DNA of 63,778 bases, filler included, from Octopus bimaculoides (GCF_001194135.2; 7 parts of 7 records of this genome joined end to end with filler, not necessarily neighbours in it); one strand, 5' to 3'; shown: positions 14,503-27,647, counted from the whole stretch's first letter. Numbers and translations: made by a program. The notes: generated by a model from the letters alone, not told the origin.

Positions 14503-15682
14503 CGAGGATGGCTGAAAACTTCGTAGGCTGACTATGTAAGACTGGTGCTAGAGCTGTGAAATCTTACATGCATTAAATTCAAATCTTTTTATTAATAACT
14601 GCATTGTTTCTTCCTTGGTAAATTGATATCTGACTGTCCAAACAAAACTTCAAAATTAACTAGTAACGACTTCTCTTGAAAATCGACAAAATTTAGCATC
14701 CTGCTGTTACGAGGTACCTGCAGAAAAAGGATTTAGCAACCCAAGGAGATTCATGCTGACATGGTTGCTACATTAGGAGATGACACTCCAGGTTTATCTA
14801 CAGTGCATAAGTGGACAGTGGAATTTATAAGCGGAAGGGAGAATCTTAAATATAACCCAAGGTCTGGACATCCTATAACTTCCACTACCGAGGGAAACAT
14901 TGTTTGTGTTCACCACATGGTGACAAGTGATTAACTATAAATCAAACAGTCAATGCTATTAGCATATCTAGTGAGAGAGTTGAGATTATTCTGGGCAATG
15001 AACTTGGCAGGACGAAGGTTTCTGCTACGTCTTTTGATACCTGATGAAAAGTACACTAGGCTGATCACACCAGTGAAAAATCTGACGTTGTTTGAGGCAG
15101 ACTCAGCTGGTTTCCATGAACGTTTCCTAACCCGAAATGACTGTTGCCTTCATCACTTTGAGCCAGAGACAAAGAGACAATCTATACGGTGGAAATATTC
15201 TTTGCCGGCTCCAAAGAATGTCAAGGTCGTTTCATCCTCAGGGAAGGTGATGGCCTCACTTTTGGAGGATGCAAAGGGTATTGTGTTCACTGAAAAGGGC
15301 CACACTATTAATGAAGAGTAATATGCCAATTTACTGAGGCAGTTTCGAAAGGCTATCAAGAGCAAACGCCCAGGAAAATTAGCGAAAGGGGTTTTGTTAC
15401 ATGAGGACAATGCTCCAGCAGGCAAGTCTTTGGTTTCAATGGCTCCTCTACGTGACTGTGTCTTTGAACTGGTTGATCACACTCACTCTTCTTCTGTATT
15501 AGCCCCATCTGACTATCATCTGTTCCCCGACATGAAAAAAGCACTCAGCTGGGAACCAGTATCGCAGTGATGATGACGTCATATCTGCTGTTGACGAATT
15601 TTTTGACCAATAGCTTGAAAGGATTTGCTCACATCCTATGAAAGTATCTTGGCCAGCCTATAAACCTTTCAGCCAGCCCTCT
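14503..15682 (+). mobile_element. Mariner (DD34D) DNA transposon fossil
   Basis: TA-flanked imperfect TIRs (cgaggatggctgaaaacttcgtaggctg / cagcctataaacctttcagccagccctct). Broken transposase with HHFEPETKRQS, GKVMAS and LLHEDNAP-(34 aa)-APSDYHLFP; internal stops and frameshifts. Confidence 0.9.
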
Positions 15683-15985
15683 TAGGTATAGAACATTTTG
15701 AATTGATTTAATCGGAAAGTTGATTTTAAGTAGATTATTACGTAGCAATGCAAATATGTCTATTTTGGCACCAAAGTTTATCTGACTTAGCTTAGTATAT
15801 GTTTACCCTATAAGTAAACAGTCATTCAACCGTTTACGACACTAGCTGTGTATCTTAATTGATTAAACTGGCAACCTTGCCAAAATATTTTCATTTCTAA
15901 TACTGAATCACCAACTGTGAAAATCTGTTAATGGTTTCATTCTTCGGCGTGTATGTATATGTGTGTGTGTGTGAGAGAGAGATAG

Positions 15986-16088
<103 letters not shown>

Positions 16089-18481
16089 TAGAAAGAGGGG
16101 GAGAGAAACTACTTCTGTGCGAGTGCATGTATATCTACATTTGTGTGTACGTGTGTATATTAGTATGTTCGATGTTTCAGTTAGTGTATATATGTATATC
16201 TGTGTAATTTGTCTTTGTGTATGTACTCGCACTCTTATATAATGAATGAGTGAATAGGTATTTTTATATTTGTAAATGCATGCCTGTGTGCGTGTGAATA
16301 TTTGTAAGTCTGTGTATGTATGTTTTTGTCTTTGTGTGTGTAATTATGTGCCTGGCTAAATCCAGTAATGATAACCATTACAAAAGTCTGTTAGTCTAAC
16401 ATCATCTCGCTAACGACAGACGTCACCTCAAATACCTGCATGACTGATGAGGAAACTAATTGATTTCTTAGTTAGGCATTAGAAGTGATTATAGTACTGA
16501 TGTGATATTTAATTGTACCCTTTAACGTTTTCATTTCAAATATCGATGATATTCACTTTGACTTTCATCATTCCTAGATCGATAAAATAAGAACTAACCA
16601 AGTAATGATATCGATTTATTCCCCTATACTCCACCGGCCATATGTTTCCCCAGGAAAAATTGCAGATGTATTACACAATTGTTTATAGTTTTACGGTATC
16701 AGATGAAGTAATTAGCACATCACCTTATGTTTCTCTTGTATAGGGACTTATTATTTCTAACTTTGGTACAAGTTTATTATTTCTAACTGTGGTCCGGTGA
16801 AATTTATTTCATCGTTTCGTAGGGGATTTGAACGTAGACCTATAGAAGATATCGCCAAATACCGCAAGGCATATCATCTGATAGTCTGATAGTCTGCTAA
16901 ATGATGTGGTCCTCGTGTTTATGTCAGGAACATTATTATAGCTGTTGATGTTGTTTTCCTTTAACGTCCGCTCTGATTGAGAGAACTATAATCAAAAGCG
17001 TTCCAACCAATGTTTTACCTTCTGTTTTTATATCTAACATAGCATTATTCAATCTGTTCGTTACAATTTATTTTTAAATGACAGTTGGTTGTGATTGAAA
17101 AGATTTGGCTACTATCTCTAGTAGTTTCAGTATCTAAGTAGACCGTCCCTCGCTGGTTCCTTTTCCTAGATGTAGTTTTTACTTGCATTACTTTATATTC
17201 TGAACTTAAAACCAGATAAGGACAATTTTCTTCTTCATCCATGGTCAAAGATATAGAAAACGTTTCACTGGGTGAAACTGAAGAGCATCAGATCAAATGT
17301 ATTACGGCATTTAGCTACTGCACTTCGGGTTTTGAGTTCAAATCTAGTTCCGGTCGATACAATGACTTTTACGGAGTCGATTTTCGGCCCCCAAGAATGT
17401 GAACTCTTGTAGCAAATTTTCAAAATCTTATTGGCAGAAGAAATATATTGCTTCACTTTACTCCTTTCTCTGTCGCTATAAAGCTGTGAACCACCATACA
17501 AGAAATTTATAATGTTTGTTCTAGAAATGTAAGCTTAAAACCAAGGAAATATATTGTGTTAAGTAACTAGTCCGACGCTATTTCTGCCAAAATTTTTCAT
17601 AAAGTTTTGGTCTCGACTCCCAATAGATGACTGGTATTCAACCGAGCCATTGAAGAATCCCATACATGGTTCTGCTAGAAATTGGAGTCAAATTTCCTTC
17701 AAATTACACCATAATGTCTTAAAAATGGGAGTATACATTTAATAGTGTAGTCCTAGTCATGCAAAGACCTAGAGAAGGGCAAAATGGTCAATCTTTGGTT
17801 GGAACACTTTTGCTCCTACTCCGTGAAGGCTTTCCTAAGACTACACAACAACAACTATAACAACAACTGGTACTTAATTTATAGAGTGCCCTAGGGAGAT
17901 GAATGCGAAGTTAACCTGGACGTGATTTGGAATATGAATGCAGAGATTCTAAATGAAATACTGCACCTCCAGTGCTGTGATGTTTAACTCTTTTAACCTG
18001 TCTGAGGGAACAAGGAAGCCTCTGTGTGATTGTTGGTTATGCTAAAAATAGAAGCATGACAGATTCAAGAGTATTGTCTGCCATATTTCACAAGGAATTG
18101 GTAAACTTGAGGTAATGACAAAAGGCACTCGTTCAAGTTACTGCCTAGTAGAATATATCTTTACTAATTGTTTTAACTAATTGACTTTACTGATTAACTT
18201 TAATAATTGATTTATCTTGTGATAAATTTGTCATGTAATTTACCATTTATCTATTTTTCTATCACTTTTTCTTTTACTTAATTCCTCTGTTCCAATATTA
18301 ACCGTTTTCTTATTTAGTCATTGTTTTCCATAACAAAAACACCATTGCAATGATTTCGTATTTTTTTCCTTTGGGTTTTATGTTATCCCTATGTCAGAAA
18401 TTATTTAACAATTTGCTATTTTTGATAATTTTTCATTCTTTTTTATATTCTAATATTCTTCCCTTATTCTCTCTTATACAG

Positions 18482-18855
18482 AAAACTTCACCTGTTTATA
18501 TGCCAGCTTCTATCTCAAGAGGGACATCGGTTACTATATGATTCAACTGTATATACCTAGCATCCTTATCGTATTCTTGTCGTGGGTTTCCTTCTATCTA
18601 AATGTATCAGCTGTACCTGCACGAATATCATTAGGAATTCTAACTGTTCTTACGCTGACAACTCAAAGATCTGCAGGAATAGCAGCCTTACCTAAAGTCT
18701 CCTATATCAAAGCCATTGATGTGTGGATGGCATCTTGTCTCTGCTTCGTTTTCGCAGCACTTTTAGAGTTTGCCTTCGTTAACGTTTTGGACAGGCGATA
18801 TTTAAAGATTATTGCCTCCATGAAAGAAAACGAACTCACTGGAAAATGTCCCGAG
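18482..18855 (+). CDS. Cys-loop ligand-gated chloride channel (GlyR/GluCl-like) internal exon: end of loop C, M1, M2, M3, start of intracellular loop
   Basis: Polypyrimidine tract + tacag acceptor ending 18481, donor GAG|gtgagt at 18856. Translation (E)[105 protein letters not shown]...GKCPE carries the hallmark SWVSF, PAR-M2, [13 protein letters not shown] and LLEF motifs. Confidence 0.95.
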
Positions 18856-19594
18856 GTGAGTACACACACACACACACACACACAAATACGCATACACATT
18901 TGTTTGTTTTTATACTTCTGTTTTGTTTTGTTTTGTTTTAGAGTTACTGAGCTTTACAAATATCTGAGTGCTAAGGATCTCTGGTTCTGTGCTACAGAAT
19001 TAATGATTTGTGTCTTATAACCGAAGATATGATGTATCCACATTTATGAAAATGTTTAACTGTCAGAGGGGCAATGTGGATCATATTTCTCAATACACAC
19101 TCTCTATTGAAAATGAAGACTGACTTGCAGCACAATTTACAGTCAGCCAAAAGAAAGCTAAGTGTATGCATGTCACAATATCTAGTGTTGCTAATATCTA
19201 TCATACCTAAAAATCGTCAGCCTGGGCAATAATTCTTTCTGTTTATTGGTTTGTCCCGAAAGAAGAAGGCTGCAGCATACGGCCTTCGCAAACCATCTTT
19301 CCAAGAAGTTGTTGCATGCTACTAAGGTCATAAAGACGCACATGCCGACCTAAGAAGTCTTTAAGTGTTGTGGAGCCGAGTCAATCTGTTATTAAATACT
19401 TAAGTACTTACTACTCTCATTCTCTCTCATATCTTTTAACTTCGTTTATGGTAATGTTAGGAGTGTGTAAATAAAGCCCCCATTTCATTATGCCGGTTAC
19501 CGTCTAATGATATTGGCTAGTCAGTCAGTTTTTCGTGGTTGCATTTGGATTAGAGAGATATGATGTAGGATAAATATAATAATAACAATAACTC

Positions 19595-20949
19595 TAGGAT
19601 GGAATTTATAAATATTTAATACATCGCGACGTGCGTTTCCATAAATCATACGATTTTAACATCAGAGTCGGTATCCTCGGGATTAGTACAATATAGTCCG
19701 TATTATCCGTGGGCATCATCATTGATTCATTTCATCTGGCGATACTGTATTATTGGATTATTCACAGAGGGATGTGTATCCCTTCTTGCCAGTATGAAAG
19801 CCAATCTAGCTATGTGTGATTTCTGTATGTACTTAGTAAGGGGAGGTACGTGATGGGAGTAAAGGAAGGTATGGTAGTAATATAGGGATGGAGATGTGTG
19901 TGGTGGTGGTGGATTTATCTCCTATTCATTCTGCAGACTTTAAAGATGGTCATTCATTCAGCAGATTTAAGGATGGTAGTACATTTCTTTGTTCTATTTC
20001 ATTCAAAACCTGACTCTCTTCAATAATTTCAGAACCCAACGGCTGTTCAGCTGCTATTCAGTGGGGTTTGTTGACTAAATTGATTAATAGCACTCTTCTT
20101 GTAGTGATATTTTCATTGTTTCTATTATTATAGTGTGTATCATCTTAAACATTGGTATTTTCGCTTATCTGTTTGGATCACTTCACTATTCTATAATTTG
20201 CTACTTCTTTTCAAAATATTTTCTCAAATTTCATGAATGATATTTTGTACTTACATTGTTTACATGGTATTATTGATATCATCCCTATGCTTACAAAATA
20301 TCATTCATGGAATTTGAAAAAATATTTTGGAAAGAAATAGCAAATTATAAAATAGTGAAGGAACCCAAGCAGATAAACTGAAATACTAATCTTTAAGATG
20401 ATACACACTGTAACAATTGAAAGAGTCACTATAAGAGGGGTGGTATTAATCACTTCGGTCAACAAATCCCACTGTATAGCAACTGGCCACCTGTTGGGCT
20501 CAGAATTTATTGAAGAGAGTCAGGTTTTGAATGAAATAGAACAAAGGAATGTACCACCATCTTCAAATCCATCAAATGACTATCCCTAAAGTCTGCAGAA
20601 TGAATAGCATATAACTCCAACACCACCACACGTATCCCCATCCCCATATTACTATCATTCCTTCTTCTACTCCCATCACCTGTCTCCCGCTACCAAGTAC
20701 ATACAGAAATACACACATAGCTAGATTGACTTTCATACTGGCAAGAAGGGAAAAACATCCCTCTGTCATTCATCCACTAATGCAATATCGCCTGATGAAA
20801 TGAATCAATGATGATGATCAACTGGATGCCTACGGATAATACGGTCTATACACTGTACCAATCCAAAGGACACCGACTCTGATGTTAAAATCGTATGATT
20901 TATGGAAACGCGTGTCGCGATGTCGTAAATGTTTATGAATTCCACCCTA
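19595..20949. repeat. 1.35-kb palindrome / foldback element in the channel's last intron
   Basis: Arms about 19595-20249 and 20292-20949 are reverse complements along their length (roughly 80-90% by eye), with a spacer of about 42 nt; termini ta-gg(a/g)tgg...ccaccc-ta. Confidence 0.92.
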
Positions 20950-22524
20950 TATATGTCTATATNNNNNNNNNNNNNNNNNNNNNNNNNNNNNNNNNNNNNN
21001 NNNNNNNNNNNNNNNNNNNNNNNNNNNNNNNNNNNNNNNNNNNNNNNNNNNNNNNNNNNNNNNNNNNNNNNNNNNNNNNNNNNNNNNNNNNNNNNNNNNN
21101 NNNNNNNNNNNNNNNNNNNNNNNNNNNNNNNNNNNNNNNNNNNNNNNNNNNNNNNNNNNNNNNNNNNNNNNNNNNNNNNNNNNNNNNNNNNNNNNNNNNN
21201 NNNNNNNNNNNNNNNNNNNNNNNNNNNNNNNNNNNNNNNNNNNNNNNNNNNNNNNNNNNNNNNNNNNNNNNNNNNNNNNNNNNNNNNNNNNNNNNNNNNN
21301 NNNNNNNNNNNNNNNNNNNNNNNNNNNNNNNNNNNNNNNNNNNNNNNNNNNNNNNNNNNNNNNNNNNNNNNNNNNNNNNNNNNNNNNNNNNNNNNNNNNN
21401 NNNNNNNNNNNNNNNNNNNNNNNNNNNNNNNNNNNNNNNNNNNNNNNNNNNNNNNNNNNNNNNNNNNNNNNNNNNNNNNNNNNNNNNNNNNNNNNNNNNN
21501 NNNNNNNNNNNNNNNNNNNNNNNNNNNNNNNNNNNNNNNNNNNNNNNNNNNNNNNNNNNNNNNNNNNNNNNNNNNNNNNNNNNNNNAGAAAAGAATATGT
21601 AGAAGCGTGTAGTATCAGTACAGGTATCGAGTGTAAACCACGTGGTAGCCTTTGCAAGAAATCTGTGTCTGGGTGGCGAATGGATCATCAGTGGATCATA
21701 TATCCGGAAAAAAGTGCGAATATGTATTGAAATTTCCTCTATGTTAGAGAATGAAAAAATAAACCGAGTGGAAATTCTTAAAAGATGTGTGTGTGTGTGT
21801 GTTTGTACGTGCGTGTGTTTGTGTGTGTGTATGTGTGTGTGTGTGCGTGTGTTTTTGTGTATGTGTCGGTGTGTGTGTGTGTGCCTGCGCGTGTGTGATG
21901 TGGAAATTATTCAAGGTGTCAAGAATTACTGCACCGAGTAAATTTATGTGCTTTGTAAAATGTCGGACTGATCTTTCTTTGCTGATCAAGGGACAACAAT
22001 TGACATATGTTTCGGTTTATTTGGCCTCATCAGCATAAAATGTTGTCATTGAGTCTGTAAAAATATGCAAAATATTCCTTAAACAATTTAAGTAAACCTT
22101 TTTTCTGTATGTTTAAACCTATACACTGAGCTGCTGTCTAGGCTAGACTGTACACTACTGGTGATCTAGAATGAGCTGAAACAGATATCAATGAATATCT
22201 CTTCAAAATAAAGGTTAAACTCTCCTTTCCTTAAAGATGTACTATGAAAATTATTTTTGAATTATCTCCCCTTCTTATAGAGACCCGATATCAATTGTCA
22301 CTGGGTTTACGTTTACGAAAGAAATGACAATAAATAAATTATTTATTATATACAGCTTTTTGACATGATCTTTATAGTTTAATTAATCAAATTCATAGAT
22401 CTCTTTTACATAAACGTATTTATATGTACATGAACATAGTATAAACATACTTTTATACATACATACGTATACATACGTACATACATACATACATACATAC
22501 ATACATACATACATACATACACAT

Positions 22525-22629
<105 letters not shown>

Positions 22630-22847
22630 AATGGGTAACAAAGATGTACAGGTGTCAATTCATTGCGGCCATTTCAAGCGACTCCTTTAATTGATTAATG
22701 AAGACATTACATCATTGCAAAGAAACCGTTTTCGTCAGATGACTGTATAGACTTCACAGACAAAGAACAAACCAATTGCTTTAACATATTCGTATCACCA
22801 CCGGAGCTCAAATATTTACATTGATTCTGCCTTTATATCTTTATAAC

Positions 22848-23168
22848 AGGCGGGTGGCTTCGAGGCTAGGGCATTCGGCTCACGATTATAAGGTCGTGAG
22901 CTTAAATACCGGTGACGCGTTGTGTCCTTGAGCAAGACACTTTATTTCACACTTCTCCAGTTCACTCAGCTGGCAAAAATGAGTAGTACCTGTATTTCAA
23001 AGGGCCAGCCTTGTCACACTCTGTGTCACGTTGAATCTTCCCGAGAACTACGTTAAGGGTACACGTGTCTGTGGAGTGCTCAGCCACTTGCACGTTAATT
23101 TCACGAGCAGGCTGTTCCGTTGATCGTATCAGCTGGGGCCCTCGTCGTTGTAACTGATGGAGTGCTCC
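22848..23168 (+). mobile_element. Third SINE family (copies 53110-53415 on +, 3700-3895 on -)
   Basis: Shared gttgtgtccttgagcaagacactttatt..cagctggcaaaaatgagt..gagaactacgttaag..cacttgcacgttaatttcacgagcagg. Confidence 0.75.
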
Positions 23169-23253
23169 TTTATATATATATAATGTACATGCATACCTAT
23201 ATATAAATGTGTGTGTGTTTTTGATTGTAATTCTATTTCTTATTCTATTTCAG

Positions 23254-23424
23254 GTTAATGACAGAGTCAAATCAAAGCGATTTAAGTGGATTCGTGACCC
23301 CAGGGGTCAACAGAAGGCAGCATATATTGATTTTTTGGCTCGGATAACTTTTCCAATAGCCTTTGGTATATTCTGTATAATATATTGGCTTGTATATGGA
23401 GTAGTTGGGGTGAAAGAAGAATAA
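23254..23424 (+). CDS. Terminal exon (end of M3-M4 loop, M4, stop) of the same Cys-loop chloride channel
   Basis: Acceptor ttctatttcag ends 23253; phase 0 matches the donor at 18855. VNDRVKSKRFKWIRDPRGQQKAAYIDFLARITFPIAFGIFCIIYWLVYGVVGVKEE* contains the typical ID..AR..FP..F......YW M4 signature. Confidence 0.9.
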   Translation, partial: VNDRVKSKRFKWIRDPRGQQKAAYIDFLARITFPIAFGIFCIIYWLVYGVVGVKEE

Positions 23425-24550
23425 ATTCTCCCTCCATCTCCATTTGTAATTGTCCTCTCTCCCTCCTTCCCCCCTCCCTCTCTATCTCCCTTTTTTGCTT
23501 TACACCCCATAACTCAATACATTTTCTTTATTTCCCATCCTGAAATTGTGTATTTATCTGTCTCTCTGTCTGTCTCTTAAATAGAACATACCAAGATTTC
23601 GGGCATATGAACACATTCAGTTTACGAAAATACAAACATGCATACCAAACATGAGTGTGCATTGCGTGTTCGTACACACACATAAAAATACACACCTGTA
23701 GATTCGCGTGCGCGCACACACATACATACACACTCACACAAACACACATATTACACACACGCACATATACACACGCAAACACACACCCACACACGCACAC
23801 ACAGATATTTAAATATAGATAGTTTCCTAAGTACATATGTAGAGGGAAAAGATCTAACTGGATAATTGTGGTTAATCTACACTGGAATATAAATCAATAT
23901 TACAGAATCATTAAATACACATAGTTTAACATATGAGAATATTCTGTCTGTCATTTCTAATCAAAGATATCCACAGCAATTATTTCAATTCAGAATTAAT
24001 CCTCCCTCCTCACATGATGTTACCACGCAGTCGCTTACTCTGTGGAATACTTCCATGTCCACACTCACTATTGCTAGGTAGTTATTGACCCTGTGTTCGG
24101 TTCATCCGTCCTCTTGACAGCTCTTGTTGTTTTGTCCTAAATGACTAGCAACCCTCGTCACCGGGCTAGCCTGGAGGAGCAGGTTGGGAGGCCGACCACC
24201 CAACCATGCTAGACGTTGTATTGGATTAATATGCTAACAGTAACACTCAAAGTGACTTGTTACACATGCAAACATACATGCACACTTATATATACACACT
24301 GACAAACATACATACTTATATATCATGAATATGTACATGCCTTCATATACCTACGCACGCATACACACATATACACACATACATAACAATACAGTATTAA
24401 TGCACATAGCTACTCCGACTTAACACTGAGGTCCGTGTTTTCTCTATGTAATCACACTTTAATAAGTGTTACAGTATATACAAGTGGGTATTTTTCAAGC
24501 AATTTGAGCTTTAAACTGCACTATACGGTTACATTCATATATATATATAT

Positions 24551-24650
24551 NNNNNNNNNNNNNNNNNNNNNNNNNNNNNNNNNNNNNNNNNNNNTTAATT
24601 AATTAANNNNNNNNNNNNNNNNNNNNNNNNNNNNNNNNNNNNNNNNNNNN
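24551..24650. other. Artificial scaffold linker (44 N + TTAATTAATTAA + 44 N); also 32969-33068, 47028-47127, 56670-56769, 60736-60835, 62354-62453
   Basis: Six identical 100-nt blocks; the 12-mer is a palindrome giving TAA in all six frames. Confidence 0.95.
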
Positions 24651-24654
24651 TATA

Positions 24655-24698
<44 letters not shown>

Positions 24699-27094
24699 AA
24701 GAGAGAGAGAGAACGAGACCGGAAGATAGATAGATAGATAGATAGATATCTTGTGATCCTGTCAGAAGTGAAGGGAGTCTGACAAAATTTTAAAAAACAG
24801 ATACGCATTCTCTTAGCGAAATAACTTAAAATTCTGAAAGTGGAGATCCAGGGTAAAGTGTGTCTTGCTGTTAGGACCTTTGCACTTGGATCGCACAAAC
24901 CGTGAGTGGTAAGTTATGATCTTATAGAAGGGATAAACGGGGTCAATAAAAATGACAATACTGATTAAGAAAGATGGCTTATCATGAAGCTAGCCACACC
25001 ACTAAAATATGTTAAGGCAATTTTACTTTTGTTGGAATAATTTTCATTAAATCTCGGGGACTGCCGTCTGCACATGACAGGTATAGAAGCTGAAAATTTC
25101 AATCAGAGTTTCAGGCAGTCAAGATTGACTGGTGCGAAGCGTTCAGTAAAAGTTAGTTTTTCCCTGAGAAAAGCGATACAGGAAATATGATGTCTAAGCC
25201 TAAAATTTAAAAAATAGTGCTATTTCAGCAATAACTGTATTTAGGATATATGATTTACCAGCATTATACGGCAAATTCATACGCGAAAGATTGTTTGAAG
25301 ATATGAACGCTTATTCCTATATGCAGACGCTTTTGAGAAAAATATATTAGAAGCTGACTGTATATGGAGTATACAATTATGCAAGAACTACAAAAATCGA
25401 ATATACTAGACGCATACAGTGTGAGGTAAACGTTTGATGAAATTGCAGATATGTTGGAAGAGATGATTCATATTTATCCAGCAATTCCATTATTTCTGTT
25501 TATGTCGTTGATTCCGAGACTCGGGGCTGAATGGATGGGATATAAAACAGCCATAAAAAATGTAGTTGGGCAAGTGGAGAAGTTCTTTCCTTGAAGGATC
25601 TCATGAAAGGCCTGGTTGTAGACCGAAACATCTGAGCTGTTTTACAGGGCTAAGAAAAAGTGAAGAACTGTTGCGAGGAATGTATATGTGAATCTGAAAA
25701 GGGAATAAGTTGAATAGAATCATAATTAACTAATCCACATAAACTTTTCAGCAACACTCGTACAATCACTGGCTTATGTCGTTTGATACAACAAATGAGC
25801 TAAACTACACAATAACATTCTTAGCTGTTGAGATACTTCTAGTATTAAACAGGCTACTTCTGTCTCTTCTCATCCTTTAAATATTGTGTAATGATTTTCG
25901 AGATAATATAACATACAGGAAAATCCTATGGGACGTACCTTTGATTTTGAGCTAAGTATGTAACAGGGACACTTTAATCCTAAATGATATAGAAACAATG
26001 CTGAGAAAACTAACCGAAAACGAGAAGAAATAATATTAAGGGGATTACTGATACAGAAATACGTTTGAAGCAAATTAACAATATTGCATTGTGAGAGAAA
26101 GCTTTATCCATAGGCACTAAGAGATAATGAATACTTTCACTTGATATATTTTTTTCTTTAACTTTAATATCAGTACGTTTAACAGATGTTGCAATTTGCA
26201 ATTTATGTGACATATATGATACTGAATTTGAGAAAGTATCAGCAAGCAGCATAACCCTACATTATTTAGTTTGAATAATCACACTCTCCTATGGACTATA
26301 CACTGCGTTATCAATATGGTTCTTCGTAATTCTACAGAAAATTAAAGACCAAATTGATGAGACCGTAAAATGGAATGAAACAAAAAGAATAACGAACGGA
26401 ATAAAAGGAATAAATTTCGATTACTATCAAACATGTTGCTCTTGTTCTTATTCATTTTGCATTACCATTGTATTTACATAAAAGGCGAGCTTGCAGGATT
26501 GTTAGCATACTTCATGAAATGCTTAGCGGAATTTCGTCTGTCGCTACGATCATAGATAAAATTCCGGCGAGGTCGTCTTTGCCTTTCATCCATTCTTGAT
26601 AGATAAATTAAGTACCAGTAAAAAAATGAGGTAGCTGTAATCGGCCAGTCCCCTCCCCCAATTTCAAGCATTGTGCCTTAAGTAGAAAGGATTATTATTA
26701 TGAATATAAAATTCGGTGAGCTGGCAGAATCGTCAGCACATTGGACAATGTGCATACCGTTATTTAACTCGTCACTATATTTCGAGTTCCAGTTCCACCG
26801 ACGTCGACTTTGATTTTACCCTTAAGAGATCAATTTACTACAGGGTCAATGTAATTGACAACGGGGCGTTCAAAAAATCAGTTATTATTACTTATTACTG
26901 TCATTAAGAGTAGTAGTAATAGTAGTAGTAGTAGTAGTAGTAGTATCGTTTTTTACCCTTATGAATTTAATATGTTTCAGAGGGAAAGGTAAATTCGCCT
27001 TCGCTATATGATTTAATCTCATGTAAAATAATCTCATAAATAGATAGATAGAAAGATATATATATGTATATATATAAATGTAAAGACTGAGAAG

Positions 27095-27221
27095 GTGAAT
27101 GCCAAGGACCTTTTTGTGTGCACAGTCTGTGACAGACCATGCCTGTCCTTGGCTGGCCTCAAATCTCACCTGCGAACCCATGGAAAACAAACCCCATCCA
27201 GCTATTCTGATTATATGTCTG
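27095..27221 (+). other. Isolated C2H2 zinc-finger coding fragment, probably the C-terminus of an RTE-type LINE ORF
   Basis: FVCTVCDRPCLSLAGLKSHLRTH = C-x2-C-x12-H-x3-H (27119-27181); truncated by N gap at 27222. Confidence 0.5.
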
Positions 27222-27647
27222 NNNNNNNNNNNNNNNNNNNNNNNNNNNNNNNNNNNNNNNNNNNNNNNNNNNNNNNNNNNNNNNNNNNNNNNNNNNNNNN
27301 NNNNNNNNNNNNNNNNNNNNNNNNNNNNNNNNNNNNNNNNNNNNNNNNNNNNNNNNNNNNNNNNNNNNNNNNNNNNNNNNNNNNNNNNNNNNNNNNNNNN
27401 NNNNNNNNNNNNNNNNNNNNNNNNNNNNNNNNNNNNNNNNNNNNNNNNNNNNNNNNNNNNNNNNNNNNNNNNNNNNNNNNNNNNNNNNNNNNNNNNNNNN
27501 NNNNNNNNNNNNNNNNNNNNNNNNNNNNNNNNNNNNNNNNNNNNNNNNNNNNNNNNNNNNNNNNNNNNNNNNNNNNNNNNNNNNNNNNNNNNNNNNNNNN
27601 NNNNNNNNNNNNNNNNNNNNNNNNNNNNNNNNNNNNNNNNNNNNNNN

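Noticed and set aside
20895-21688. ORFs over 200 aa made of X (also at the other N gaps)
   Set aside because: They run through N gaps and are artefacts.
25300-25620. Decayed peptide DEIADMLEEMIHIYPAIPLFLFMSLIPRLGAEW resembling an SGNH-esterase ORF1 segment
   Set aside because: The catalytic motifs are not visible and the frame is full of stops; it cannot be supported without an HMM search.
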